From Spirochaetia bacterium (lineage in GTDB: Bacteria; Spirochaetota; Spirochaetia; UBA9216): a stretch of 64,000 nucleotides of DNA. The stretch is from assembly GCA_965140585.1 (NCBI GenBank), contig OZ223265.1, positions 64,001 to 128,000 of the forward strand, in the 5' to 3' direction. The translations under genes and the position numbers were made by a program. This document shows, in pieces, positions 19,562-30,167 of this stretch; positions within the stretch are counted from its first letter, which is position 1; each line of letters begins with the position of its first letter. Under the pieces are notes generated by a model that saw only the letters and a program-made list of their open reading frames with translations, did no database searches and was not told the DNA's origin.

Positions 19562-20938
19562 CTAGCTCACGGCAGCCTCTTTTTGACTTCTGTATTCATC
19601 CAGCTTCTTCTCATCTACTTTATAGAAAATAAAGATAGCTGCAGAAAGGAAACTAACAAGAGCAGGACCGAAAGCCATCATGTAGGTGATTCCGTTTATC
19701 AGTTCAGGCGTCATTTCAGCGCCCTTTTCATATCCTACAAAAGCAAGACCGAAGCTGGCTGCCATACCTGAAATAACAGCACCTAGTTTTATAGCAGTAC
19801 CGCCCATGGACTGCGTAAAAGCCCTTGCAGATTCTCCGCCGTTCATTTCACTGTGATCTGAAACGTCATTTGCGATAGCGGGAAGAAGAACTCCTATAAA
19901 AGATCCCATAAAACTAACTGCAACACGAAGAATCAGAAACGGCAGTGAGGTTCTACCGATAAAAGAAATAAGCGCATACAGAATACCTGTGATTATCATC
20001 ACAAATATCCAGACGAGTTTCTTACTGTATTTCTTGCATAAGGGTTTGGCGGCATAGGCACCGACTACAGCACCCACAGAACCCAGAGTGATAGCTAAAC
20101 CGAAGGCCTTCGGATCATTGAGAACATACTTGGTAAAATAACGAAGAAGTGCCATAAAAAATCCGAGCTGAGCATTACCGATTATCATTGCAAGAAAAAA
20201 CGGTATCATCGGCCCTTTCAGATTTTTTATCAGTTTTATTATGCCTATCCGTTCTTTTTTCTGTGTAGCATTGGTAACGGCAGCCTCCCCTTTAGCCCTG
20301 GATGGTTCGTATTTCTTTGTAATTGCACCGAATATTATACAGCCTACAACTATGAACAGACCATACAGAATTGCAGTAAAAGTATATCCCCTCTGTTCTG
20401 AACCGCCCCACATCCCAAGGAAGGTTGCACCGACAAGACCGTAAACAATACCGCCCAGTGAAGACATCATCTGTGCAGATGAGGTCAGTGCAATAGCGTC
20501 ATTATTAGTTTTTGCCATCTTACCAAGCATTGCCCGCTGAGAAACCCAAAGAGCACTGTATCCGAACTGTGCTATAGCATATAGAATAAGAAATACGGCT
20601 ATCGCAACAGCCTGACTGGCAATATTGAGGTCAGTGAAAAGCAGTGTTGTCCCAACCAGAAGTATCAACGCACCAAGATATACCCAGGAGCGGTATTTAC
20701 CCCAGCGAAGATTTGTATTGTCTATAACGATGCCGGATGTAACAATGGTACCTGTTCTTATCCACATGGCAGCACTGTAAACAACAGCAGCTACGATAGG
20801 CGGAATTCCCCAGACATTTGTAAGGTAATACAGTAGATAGTATGCCAGGAACATTAAAAAGAATGTATTTACAAACATTCCTGAAAAACCATATCCGTAT
20901 ATTTCCCAGAATTTTAAGGCGCTTTTTTTCTCTTTCAT
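19562..20938 (-). CDS. MFS transporter, GPH (MelB-like) family
   Basis: IDNTNLRWGKYRSW, YYLTNV, FYKVD. Confidence 0.9.
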   Translation of the reverse strand: MKEKKSALKFWEIYGYGFSGMFVNTFFLMFLAYYLLYYLTNVWGIPPIVAAVVYSAAMWIRTGTIVTSGIVIDNTNLRWGKYRSWVYLGALILLVGTTLLFTDLNIASQAVAIAVFLILYAIAQFGYSALWVSQRAMLGKMAKTNNDAIALTSSAQMMSSLGGIVYGLVGATFLGMWGGSEQRGYTFTAILYGLFIVVGCIIFGAITKKYEPSRAKGEAAVTNATQKKERIGIIKLIKNLKGPMIPFFLAMIIGNAQLGFFMALLRYFTKYVLNDPKAFGLAITLGSVGAVVGAYAAKPLCKKYSKKLVWIFVMIITGILYALISFIGRTSLPFLILRVAVSFMGSFIGVLLPAIANDVSDHSEMNGGESARAFTQSMGGTAIKLGAVISGMAASFGLAFVGYEKGAEMTPELINGITYMMAFGPALVSFLSAAIFIFYKVDEKKLDEYRSQKEAAVS

Positions 20939-20962
20939 TCAAACTCCTTTTTAACCTGAAAT

Positions 20963-21200
20963 TGATGTTTACAACACTAACACACAATTTTTAAGTTGTA
21001 AATACAAATTATCACTACCTCAATACTCTAAATGCAAAATATGGCTGCTCAACTCTGTCTTTATCTATATATTACTAACTTTTTTCACCCTTTAGACCAT
21101 ATTATAACAACTTTATAGTTTATTTGTGTTTACATATGGGGTATTCCATTTTATATTTATAACCATCTTTCTAATTTTATCTTTCTACTTGTATATACAG
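20963..21200. promoter_or_regulatory. Cluster of HutC-type GntR operator candidates
   Basis: TTGTAAATACAA 20996-21007, TTGTGTTTACAT 21124-21135, TTGTATATACAG 21189-21200, weaker TGATGTTTACAA 20963-20974. Confidence 0.65.
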
Positions 21201-21208
21201 GAGGGTTT

Positions 21209-23098
21209 ATGTTTAGCTATGCAGGGAAACTTCTTTTTATAGATCTAACAACATCAACAATAAAAACTGAGGATCTGTCTGAGGAAATGGCAGATCTGTA
21301 TCTGGGAGGATACGGGATAGGAGCAAAGATACTGCTTGAGAGAATGCCGGCTCATGCTGATGCCTTCTCAGAAGAAAGCATGCTGGGAATCATATGCGGA
21401 GGACAGAATGCCACCAATGCCGGTATAATGGGCAGGTACACAGTTGTACACAAATCTCCTGTAACACAGGGATTCAACGACGCAAACTCCGGCGGATTCT
21501 TTGGAAATGAGCTCAAGAAAGCAGGCTTTGACGGCATCTTTGTATCAGGAATCGCCCCAAAACCGGTATATATCTGGATAAATGACGGAAAAGTGGAACT
21601 CAGGAATGCAGAGGCTTTCTGGGGACTTGACTGCAAAGATATCTGGGACGCCCTTAGAAAAGACACAGGAGAGCCGAAACTCAGGTATGCGGCAATAGGT
21701 CCGGCCGGAGAAAACCTGAATCTCTATTCATGTATAATCAACGATGGTCACCGCGCCGCAGGAAGAGGCGGATGCGGTGCGGTAATGGGTTCAAAAAATC
21801 TCAAGGCAATCGCAGTCAGGGGGACCCAGAAAATTGAAGTAGCTGATAAGTCAAAAATCACAGAATTAAATCGTGCTGTAACTAAAATTATCAGGGAATC
21901 TAAACCTCATGAATATCCAAACTTTTTTTCAAGACTCGGAAGTACATCAGAAACAGCTAACAGTGCTCTGTCGGGGGATTCCCCTGTAAAGAATTGGGGC
22001 GGTGTGGGAATAAGGGATTTTGGAGAGGAAAATGCCGAAAAGGTAAATCCCCGCCGCTTTGATGATATCTATAAAGTAAGAAAATATTCCTGCGGAAGCT
22101 GTTTAATAGGCTGCGGTGCAGAATACGAGGTTACTGACGGCAGATGGCCTATCGGAATCACCGATCGTCCCGAGTATGAAACCCTTGCTGTTTTCGGCTG
22201 CAACTGCATGAACGCAGAGCTTGATGCAATCTTTAAATGCAATGAGATATGCAACCGGGCCGGAATGGACGTTATAAGCTGCGGCTCAACAATAGCCTGG
22301 GCTATGGAATGCTATGAGAATGGAATACTGACAGCAGATGAGCTTGACGGCCTGGAAGCCAACTGGGGAAATGCGGAAACCATGGTTGCTCTGACCCAGA
22401 AGATTGCTGATAACGAAGGTGTTGGCAAAATCCTGGCCCTGGGACAGCAGGGAGCAGCTGAAGCAATGGGAAAAGGGCATGAATACGTCATGACATGCAT
22501 GGGCATTGAGCCTCCAATGCACGACGGCAGAAGGGCTCAGGGATATGCAAGGATGTATCAGTTTGACCCCACCCCCGGACGTCATGTAAAAGGTGGACAG
22601 AGGGCAGTTGCCGTAGATAATCCTGAGAAAACAAACTTTGATTTCACTCAGAAGATGCCCTACTTCAAGATGTCCAACGTCAATAAACTAGCCTATCAGG
22701 AAGTAATGAATGCAGCAGGAATGTGCATGTTTTCAAATTTCATTATTCCAGACAACTGGCTGAATGATCAAATAGAAGCGGTAACCGGAAAAGAGTTTTC
22801 ACCTGAGAAGCTATATTACACAGGCCTTCGTCTATTTATGCTCAGACATGCATTTAATATCAGAGAAGGTCTGATTAGAAAGCATTTCACAATGTCTCCG
22901 CGCCTTCTGGGCAATCCTCCGATGGATACAGGGCCTTTCGAGGGAGTTACTGTACCAAACGAGAAATACGGCGATATTTTCTTTGAGCAGATGGGCTGTG
23001 ATGTTGAAACCGGCATCCCCAAAAAGGAAACTCTTGAAAGAATTGGCGGCCTGCAGGATGTAATAGATATTATAGACGGAATTGAACTCGCAGTATGA
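21209..23098 (+). CDS. Aldehyde:ferredoxin oxidoreductase family (tungstopterin) protein
   Basis: YLGGYG, KSPVT, IGPAGEN, AGRGGCGAVMGSKNLKA, CGSCLIGC, PEYET, GMDVIS. Confidence 0.93.
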   Translation: MFSYAGKLLFIDLTTSTIKTEDLSEEMADLYLGGYGIGAKILLERMPAHADAFSEESMLGIICGGQNATNAGIMGRYTVVHKSPVTQGFNDANSGGFFGNELKKAGFDGIFVSGIAPKPVYIWINDGKVELRNAEAFWGLDCKDIWDALRKDTGEPKLRYAAIGPAGENLNLYSCIINDGHRAAGRGGCGAVMGSKNLKAIAVRGTQKIEVADKSKITELNRAVTKIIRESKPHEYPNFFSRLGSTSETANSALSGDSPVKNWGGVGIRDFGEENAEKVNPRRFDDIYKVRKYSCGSCLIGCGAEYEVTDGRWPIGITDRPEYETLAVFGCNCMNAELDAIFKCNEICNRAGMDVISCGSTIAWAMECYENGILTADELDGLEANWGNAETMVALTQKIADNEGVGKILALGQQGAAEAMGKGHEYVMTCMGIEPPMHDGRRAQGYARMYQFDPTPGRHVKGGQRAVAVDNPEKTNFDFTQKMPYFKMSNVNKLAYQEVMNAAGMCMFSNFIIPDNWLNDQIEAVTGKEFSPEKLYYTGLRLFMLRHAFNIREGLIRKHFTMSPRLLGNPPMDTGPFEGVTVPNEKYGDIFFEQMGCDVETGIPKKETLERIGGLQDVIDIIDGIELAV

Positions 23099-23331
23099 TT
23101 AAGCTTAAATATATGCTTCCGCAAAAAGAGGCTCTTCCCGATAATGCAGAATACCGGGAAGGCATCACAGTCAATGATTTGATTGAAGATTTGAGAGATG
23201 AACTAAAACCGCTGATTGAAATATCATTCTCTGAACTGACTTTTATATCAAACCACAGAACTATCAGCAAAGAAACAAAATTATACGACGGGCAGGAACT
23301 GCTGATTCTCAAACCGACCTCGGGAGGATGA
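23095..23331 (+). CDS. MoaD/ThiS sulfur carrier protein
   Basis: 78 aa ending PTSGG, overlaps AOR stop. Confidence 0.85.
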   Translation: MIKLKYMLPQKEALPDNAEYREGITVNDLIEDLRDELKPLIEISFSELTFISNHRTISKETKLYDGQELLILKPTSGG

Positions 23332-23335
23332 AAAT

Positions 23336-24169
23336 ATGACAATAAAAAACAGCATAATTCATAAGAATGTAGAGCTTGCAGGAGTTAAAACCTCAATCAG
23401 AATCAGAACCGGCATGGCTCCGGCCCTTATATGCATCCACGGGAGCGGTCTTGGACAGGATACTTTCACAGAGCTGTTTTCGGAAGAATTACTTCAGGAG
23501 AACACTCTCATTTCATATGATTTGCCAGGTCATGGTTTATCGGGAATGCCTGATGAACCTGACAGAATTTTTTCATATCAGGGATATTCAGCTCACCTGC
23601 GCGAACTAATTGAATATCTAAAGCTGGATAGTTTCATCCTGATAGGACACAGCCTCGGCGCACATATCGCCCTGCAGTACTCAGCTCTTAGAGACTCTCC
23701 AAAATCCGAAGGACTGTTCCTTGTCAGTGCGGTTCCGATTTCTGATCTTGGGTCAGCAGCCATGTCCCATAAAACACCTCCGCCGCCTCCGTACAGTGAG
23801 GATGAAGCCACACCTGAGAGGATAACAGACTATCTTGCATCTTTATTTACTGATGACAGCACATTCCGGAAACGCTTAAAGCCGATACTTTTGCAGACAA
23901 GGACAGAAGCAAAAACAGTTTTTTTTAAAAATCTTAATCAATTCGGAATGCAGAATGAACTGCAGCTTCTGAAAAGTATTCCCTGCAAAGTCAGCTTTGT
24001 TCTGGGTGAAAACGACAGGATTATTGATACCGGCTATATTAAAACTACAACCGGGCCTGAATTGGGCAGCACAGATATCAGTTTCAATATTATCAATAAT
24101 TCAGGACACATCCCGATGTGGGAAAACCGGAAAGAGTTCAATAAATTACTGAAATCATTTCTGCTTTAA
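23336..24169 (+). CDS. Alpha/beta hydrolase
   Basis: IHGS, DLPGHG, GHSLG, GEND, SGH. Confidence 0.9.
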   Translation: MTIKNSIIHKNVELAGVKTSIRIRTGMAPALICIHGSGLGQDTFTELFSEELLQENTLISYDLPGHGLSGMPDEPDRIFSYQGYSAHLRELIEYLKLDSFILIGHSLGAHIALQYSALRDSPKSEGLFLVSAVPISDLGSAAMSHKTPPPPPYSEDEATPERITDYLASLFTDDSTFRKRLKPILLQTRTEAKTVFFKNLNQFGMQNELQLLKSIPCKVSFVLGENDRIIDTGYIKTTTGPELGSTDISFNIINNSGHIPMWENRKEFNKLLKSFLL

Positions 24170-24209
24170 CTACAATTACAGATTCCATAAAACATCCGGC
24201 GAAATGGTA

Positions 24210-25568
24210 TCATAATTTACCGCTTTCGAGCCGTTTCAGCTGCCTCAACTCAAAAGACATTACAACAAGTGAAATTGTGATCGATAAGAAATCAGATGAA
24301 GGAAAGGCCGCCCAGATCCCGTCAACACCTATAAACCTCGGCAGGATGAGGACAATTGGGATAAGCAGAAGAAACTGCCTTGAAAGACCCAGAAGCAACG
24401 ATGCAATTCCCTTCCCGATTGCCTGAAAATATACGCTTGCAATGATCTGTATACTCATCAACGGCATAGCAAGCGACATGATTTTAAGAGCCCTGGAACT
24501 GCTTGCTATAAGATCAGCATCCACGGTAAATAATCCTATAAAAAAATCCGGAAACGTTCTTATTAAGAAAAAGAAAAAGGATGACACTGATATGGAAGTT
24601 CCGGCAGCCAGAAAAAGAATCCGTTTTACCCTTCCGTACTCACGGGCACCGAAGTTATATCCCGCTATTGGCTGGAATCCCTGGGCCAGACCAATCATCG
24701 GCATAAAAACAAATGAGAGCAGCCGGTGAAGCATTCCATATGTAGATATCGCCAGGTCTCCTCCAAGCAGCCCCAGTGTATTGTTTACTATCACCGCAAG
24801 TATACTTATCCCTGCAGACTGAACCGCATTAGGTAGCCCCAACACCAGCATTTCACGCAGAAAAGCTCCTTTAATATGCATATGGCCGCGATCAAGTCGA
24901 ATAGAGCTTTTCTTTGTGAGATAAAAAAGAGCAACCCAGACAAACGAACAAAACTGGCTAATCACAGTTGCAAGGGCGGCACCCTGAATTCCCATATCAA
25001 GTACAAAAATAAAAATCGGGTCGAGGATTATATTCAGCCCCATACCTATGAGCATGGTACCCATGGCAGTCCTGGCCTTCCCTTCGGATCTGATCATATT
25101 ATTACCAGCCATAGAAATAGCAATAAAGGGAAATCCGAAAATAACATTACGCAGATATTCAACAGAATAAGGCATAATAGTTTCGGTAGCGCCGAAAAGC
25201 GATAGTATCGGTCTGAAAAAGGCAGCAATACCAATAACAATCACAATAGAAAATATGGCGATAGAAAGAATAGCTGTCCCAAGAGCAAGGGAAGCTTCAT
25301 CGTAATTCTTTTCACCGAGCTTTCGGGAGATAATTGAAGCAGCGCCTATACCGATCATCTGACCTACAGCCTGAACAATCATCTGAATAGGAAAAGCTAT
25401 TGACAGCCCGGCAATGCCAAGCGGTCCTACACCTCGACCTACGAAAATAGTATCAACTACATTGTAAAGTGCCGCGGCCATCATACCTATTATTGCAGGT
25501 ACAGACATTTTCATTAGTAAAGGAAATAGTTTTTCTGTCCCGAGAAAGGACGATCTATTCTGCTGCAT
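24210..25568 (-). CDS. MATE efflux transporter (MepA-like)
   Basis: YNVVDTIFVG, NIILDPIFIF..MGIQGAALAT, QPIAGYNFGA. Confidence 0.93.
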   Translation of the reverse strand: MQQNRSSFLGTEKLFPLLMKMSVPAIIGMMAAALYNVVDTIFVGRGVGPLGIAGLSIAFPIQMIVQAVGQMIGIGAASIISRKLGEKNYDEASLALGTAILSIAIFSIVIVIGIAAFFRPILSLFGATETIMPYSVEYLRNVIFGFPFIAISMAGNNMIRSEGKARTAMGTMLIGMGLNIILDPIFIFVLDMGIQGAALATVISQFCSFVWVALFYLTKKSSIRLDRGHMHIKGAFLREMLVLGLPNAVQSAGISILAVIVNNTLGLLGGDLAISTYGMLHRLLSFVFMPMIGLAQGFQPIAGYNFGAREYGRVKRILFLAAGTSISVSSFFFFLIRTFPDFFIGLFTVDADLIASSSRALKIMSLAMPLMSIQIIASVYFQAIGKGIASLLLGLSRQFLLLIPIVLILPRFIGVDGIWAAFPSSDFLSITISLVVMSFELRQLKRLESGKL

Positions 25569-26019
25569 TATCTTCTCTCTTTTCCATCAGGTTAAGACTA
25601 TCGTGAATAACTTTAAGCGCGCTGATAATTTTACGCCTCTGTTCTTTAGAAAAAACACTCAATATAGATTCAGTATGCTCGATAAGATTCTCATCAAGCC
25701 TGTCTGTCATACTCAGCCCTTCAGCTGTAATTGAAACAAGGACTGTACGCCTGTCATCAGCGGCTCTTTTACGCTCAACCAGTCTGGCTTCAACCAGTGC
25801 ATCAACAACCTGGGTCAGAGAACCTTTTACAATCCCTGTGAGCCGGCCGAGAACATGCATTGAAACAGCACCCTGCTCCCGAAGTATCAGGAGTGTATGA
25901 GCCTGCGTCTGGTTCACAGATATATCATCCGAGAGAGTCAGATTCTTTTTCATGGCATTATAAAATCTGTACGGGGTCCGGATAAGCAAAAGAGCCTCAT
26001 CCATCGTTATATATTTCAT
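25555..26019 (-). CDS. MarR-family regulator
   Basis: VDALVEARLVER..DDRR..VSITAEG winged helix. Confidence 0.9.
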   Translation of the reverse strand: MKYITMDEALLLIRTPYRFYNAMKKNLTLSDDISVNQTQAHTLLILREQGAVSMHVLGRLTGIVKGSLTQVVDALVEARLVERKRAADDRRTVLVSITAEGLSMTDRLDENLIEHTESILSVFSKEQRRKIISALKVIHDSLNLMEKREDNAAE

Positions 26020-26055
26020 TTATAAATCGCTTAAAGTATTTTGTCGTAAACCAGA

Positions 26056-26073
26056 TAGTCTTTTATCAGACTA
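26056..26073. promoter_or_regulatory. MarR operator candidate
   Basis: TAGTCT-6-AGACTA inverted repeat upstream of marR-MATE. Confidence 0.5.
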
Positions 26074-26159
26074 ATTATGCATAAAACAAAACATATAATC
26101 AAGATATAAATCTTCAATGAGCTATTACTTAAATCCATATTTTACTGCTAAACTAAATT

Positions 26160-26387
26160 ATGGAATATGAGGAAGCTGAAACACTGCTTGAACTTGCAAA
26201 TACTAAAATGCCCTTCGGAAAATATTCAGGACGGTACCTGATTGATTTACCTGAAACATATGTGCTTTGGTTCAGAGATAAGGGACTGCCGGGCGGACGT
26301 CTTGGAGAACTGATGGCAATACTGGTTGAAATCAAGATAAACGGCCTGGAAAAACTGATACGGCCTCTAATTAAGAAAAGCTACTGA
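26160..26387 (+). CDS. DUF3820-family protein
   Basis: MPFGKYSGRYLIDLPE.Y..WF...EIKINGLE. Confidence 0.88.
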   Translation: MEYEEAETLLELANTKMPFGKYSGRYLIDLPETYVLWFRDKGLPGGRLGELMAILVEIKINGLEKLIRPLIKKSY

Positions 26388-26399
26388 CTTATCCGATTA

Positions 26400-27500
26400 T
26401 CAGATACTTTCAACCCAGTTCTCAAAATCGGTTATATATAAATCAAGATTACTTCCGTATATTTCTACAGCATTTTCATAGCTCTGGTCACTCAGCAGAA
26501 GTATAAGCTTATCAACCCCTGCCTTTTTAACGAGATATTCAATAAAAGCTCCACCAACAGGATATCCAACATTCTCGGTATAGCTTCCCCAGTTTGCCCA
26601 CATATCCTTTATATCAAGATTCTTTCGCGCTTTTTTACTGACTTGCTTTACTCTTTCTTCGAAAGTAAATCCTGTATTCTGATCAAAATATACTGCTCCG
26701 CCTTCGTTTATCAGACCGGTCACTTCTCCTCTATCTTTATAAAGGTGATATATGATTGAATGAGCGATTTCATGACCTACAGACTGATCATCAGCCGAAT
26801 GAATTATCCCCTCGCTTGACATACTGAAGCCAAGCGTCTTACCGTATTCTTCATAAAATTTATCCCTATCATGCCAGACATAAAAATCAATACTAAAATC
26901 AGGCTCCACTTTCAAAGTTGAGCATATTTTAACAAAGGCAGTCTCTCTAACTTCCGTATATACTGCAGGATTGCTGATGCTCTGAACGTCATTAAAATAA
27001 AAGTTGATATGCTCTGTTCCAATGAATGTAAAATCCGCTTTATTCTGAGCAAGCTGCAATTTTTCCATCTTAGCCCAGCTTGCGGAATTAGAGGTTTTAT
27101 TCAGTTCAATGACCTTGTCGAACATCTGCAAAGCCAGGCTTCTGTCTGTCTCAGAATAATAGCTGCCCAGATACAGATAGCTCCAGCTTGAAATGTAGCT
27201 TTTTTCATTATCAAGCTTAATTGCTTTCTCCAGGTAAGCAAGGGCTTCTTTTCCTCTTTTCGAATCGGATAAAGCTCTTCCAATACAATGATTTACAAAA
27301 GCGTCATCAGGATTTTCTTTCAGATATTCAATAGAGAGCAGGATAACTTCCTGGTAGTTTTTATGAACGTAGTAATCTCTGATTTTTTCCTGCTCAGCAT
27401 CAAGCGGATTGGAAGTCATGCAGGATACTAAAAAAAAAGTTAACAAGATCAGAATTGAGAATTTCATTCTGGAGATTTGATTTATTCTTTCCATTTTCAT
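26400..27500 (-). CDS. TPR lipoprotein with C-terminal gluzincin-like metallopeptidase domain
   Basis: Lipobox LVSC, TPR helices, HEIAH and NEG motifs. Confidence 0.75.
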   Translation of the reverse strand: MKMERINQISRMKFSILILLTFFLVSCMTSNPLDAEQEKIRDYYVHKNYQEVILLSIEYLKENPDDAFVNHCIGRALSDSKRGKEALAYLEKAIKLDNEKSYISSWSYLYLGSYYSETDRSLALQMFDKVIELNKTSNSASWAKMEKLQLAQNKADFTFIGTEHINFYFNDVQSISNPAVYTEVRETAFVKICSTLKVEPDFSIDFYVWHDRDKFYEEYGKTLGFSMSSEGIIHSADDQSVGHEIAHSIIYHLYKDRGEVTGLINEGGAVYFDQNTGFTFEERVKQVSKKARKNLDIKDMWANWGSYTENVGYPVGGAFIEYLVKKAGVDKLILLLSDQSYENAVEIYGSNLDLYITDFENWVESI

Positions 27501-27535
27501 TTTCCTTTTTAAAATATATTTATATAAATTTTTTA

Positions 27536-28312
27536 TTAATAATCGTAATTATAAACATTATCTGAAAAATCATACAACAGGAGTCCATCCCTGGTTTCGT
27601 TTTCAAAAACACGGCTCAGATAATAGACGGACATATTATTATATTCTGTCAGCCTGTCAATAAATCCAGGCTCATCTGTAATATTCTCTGAAGGAAGGCC
27701 TGAACGGGTAAGTTTTTCTATGAGCTTGTCGGCTCTTTTTCGAACATCAAAAAAATAATCCGCAACGCTGCTGTAAGGAGGATGTCCATAAAACCTGTTT
27801 TCATTAACAAGGAGATGCACAAGCATTCTTGGATCAGTCTTTTCAAGTTTACGGGCTTCCATAAAGTAGTCAGGAAAACCATATGGCTCCAGAATCCACT
27901 TATCAAGGAAGGTAAGAATAATCAGAATTATACGCTGGACTTCCGGAGCTTCATGCTTTCCTTCCACCAGTCCATGGACTTCCCAGAGAATGATATTAAT
28001 CCGCTCAAGTATTTCCTCACTGCTGAACTCAGTCTTTCCTGAAAGCACGGACCTTCCCCGGCCGGCCGGCATCCTGACGCGTTTGAGATAGGTACTTTTA
28101 CTCAGAAATACATCATATTCCTTTCTTCTATCATCATCAGAAAGAACCTGGTAGGCGTCAAGAATGATTCTGAATATCTGATTTGATTTCAATGAACCGT
28201 CATTTTTATCAGGATGATATTTCATTGAGAGCCTGCGGAATGCCTGCTTTATCATTGATAAATCTGAATTTTCAGAGACGCCGAGTATCTGATAGTGATT
28301 TCTATAGCTCAT
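27536..28312 (-). CDS. J-domain protein with unrecognised C-terminus
   Basis: HYQILGV, YHPDKN, AYQVLSD. Confidence 0.85.
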   Translation of the reverse strand: MSYRNHYQILGVSENSDLSMIKQAFRRLSMKYHPDKNDGSLKSNQIFRIILDAYQVLSDDDRRKEYDVFLSKSTYLKRVRMPAGRGRSVLSGKTEFSSEEILERINIILWEVHGLVEGKHEAPEVQRIILIILTFLDKWILEPYGFPDYFMEARKLEKTDPRMLVHLLVNENRFYGHPPYSSVADYFFDVRKRADKLIEKLTRSGLPSENITDEPGFIDRLTEYNNMSVYYLSRVFENETRDGLLLYDFSDNVYNYDY

Positions 28313-28393
28313 CCAATATTATACAACCTTTTATACTGAATATATTTATAATTCTTTATATAATACTATACAATTTATTTTCAGGAGAAACTA

Positions 28394-29506
28394 ATGCCGC
28401 AGGAAATAATGACATCAAAAGAAGGCTCCTTTGCAAGGTTTACAGTTCTCAACAGATTCCCCGATATTCTTAATGATCTGATAGCAGGAAATAAATTTCC
28501 AACCGGAATAGAAAAAGGACTTAGAGCGCTGTTAAACTCAATTCCTGAAAATAATTTAACCCCGCTTAGTGATGAATATCCCTTTGCTTCTGATATAAAC
28601 CGGGTTATCGAGAATAATCCCCAGTACACCTGGCTTAATGCTCCTTTCCTGTTCATTGAAAACTATCTGTATCACAGAATTTGTGATGTCTGTGACTACT
28701 ATTCAAACGGTTTTGATTTTTTCAAATACAAAAAAGAAGCTGAAATAATAAAAGGCATGAATAAATTCTCCGGCAGTCTCAAAAAGCTGAACTCCATTAC
28801 CTCCTTTTCTGAAATATCCCTGCTCAATCTGATGGGAAATAAATCAGATCTAAGCCAAAGCTCCTCATACTACTCCGAAGGATCTGCGTTTGAACTGCTC
28901 ATAGATCACCGTGAGAAAGCAGATGTAAAAGTCCGCAATTGCAGCAGAATAGATTTCATACTGGATAATTCAGGTGATGAGCTGTTCTTTGACTTACTAA
29001 TGGCTTACTGGCTGCTAAAAAATACCGGTGTTCAGAAGATTAAGCTTCATTTCAAACAAATCCCCTATTTCGTCTCTGACGCATTAATCACAGATTATCG
29101 TTTTTTACTTGGCAGTCTGTCCCATAACAGAGAGTTACAATGGTTCACTGATGATATGAATAATTTTGAATCTGATGGAAAGATGGAACTCCTTGCCGAA
29201 CCTTTTTTTTCAAGCGGAAAACTTTTTTCTTATATGCCCGAAGAGCTGAAGACGGAATTGTGCTCATCAGATCTGCTGATTTTCAAAGGCGATTTAAACT
29301 ACAGAAGACTAATAGATGACTGCTATCGGCCATATGAAACTGAAACTTCTTCACTGCTTAAATACTTTACAACAGATATTTTAATAAACCGGATACTTAA
29401 ATCTGAAATAATTGCAGGACTGACATCTGCAAAAATCCCCGCCAGAGACAGAACCGACTGGATGTTCAGCGGAGAATATGGACAGATTGAGTTGATTGAA
29501 GCTTAA
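28394..29506 (+). CDS. ARMT1/DUF89 damage-control phosphatase
   Basis: GNKSDLS, DNSG.E..FD, PYFVSD, KGDLNYRRL. Confidence 0.9.
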   Translation: MPQEIMTSKEGSFARFTVLNRFPDILNDLIAGNKFPTGIEKGLRALLNSIPENNLTPLSDEYPFASDINRVIENNPQYTWLNAPFLFIENYLYHRICDVCDYYSNGFDFFKYKKEAEIIKGMNKFSGSLKKLNSITSFSEISLLNLMGNKSDLSQSSSYYSEGSAFELLIDHREKADVKVRNCSRIDFILDNSGDELFFDLLMAYWLLKNTGVQKIKLHFKQIPYFVSDALITDYRFLLGSLSHNRELQWFTDDMNNFESDGKMELLAEPFFSSGKLFSYMPEELKTELCSSDLLIFKGDLNYRRLIDDCYRPYETETSSLLKYFTTDILINRILKSEIIAGLTSAKIPARDRTDWMFSGEYGQIELIEA

Positions 29507-30077
29507 TCTGCTGAGTTTTCATCACTGCTCGAAAAAAGGGTAAGTTCAGATGATGCATTATTTCACGCAGCAACAGCACTCGGGCATATTTCTCATTGCT
29601 CATCAGCTCATCAGCTCATCAGCTCATCAGCTCATCACCGTAAACCGGCAGCCGGCTAATTGTAATAAAAGCGTATTTCGTAAATATTTCCTCGATTTCT
29701 TCTCTTGAAACTCTATTATTCTCTAGCTGAAAAGGATTCAACAGATCTGCAGCATATTTTTTATCCATATACAAGGCATCATCTGTGTTTACCAATTCAT
29801 TATTACTCATAAGTTCATCTTCAATAAAATTTATTGCATATTCGATCACTGATTCGCTTGGCACATTCTTCTGAAAAAAATTATCTGTTATATTCTGATA
29901 ACCAAAACCAAGTTCAATTATTCTATACATGCCATTGCTGCTTACACAATTAAATACAGTTTTCTGAGTAGCCATTTCCAGAATTCGAAATGACTCAGGT
30001 ATACCGATTCGACATATGATTTCATCTAAATCCATAATGATATCCTCTGTATAAGAGTATAATACATTCTTTTTCAA
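29466..30077 (-). pseudogene. Hypothetical protein truncated by octamer repeat
   Basis: ORF stops inside (TGATGAGC)5; same frame resumes NEKYARVLLLREIMHHL. Confidence 0.6.
29598..29637 (+). repeat. Tandem repeat (GCTCATCA)x5
   Basis: Five perfect 8-bp units read directly. Confidence 0.97.
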
Positions 30078-30167
30078 TTCTATATGCCTTTAGTTTATTG
30101 TAATTATTATTAAAAGCATATAAAATGTGTTTTGCGCTGTTTTAAGCAGCTTTTTTTGGAGTAAAAG

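Noticed and set aside
29598-29637. Repeat as a CRISPR array
   Set aside because: The 8-bp units have no spacers and there are no cas genes.
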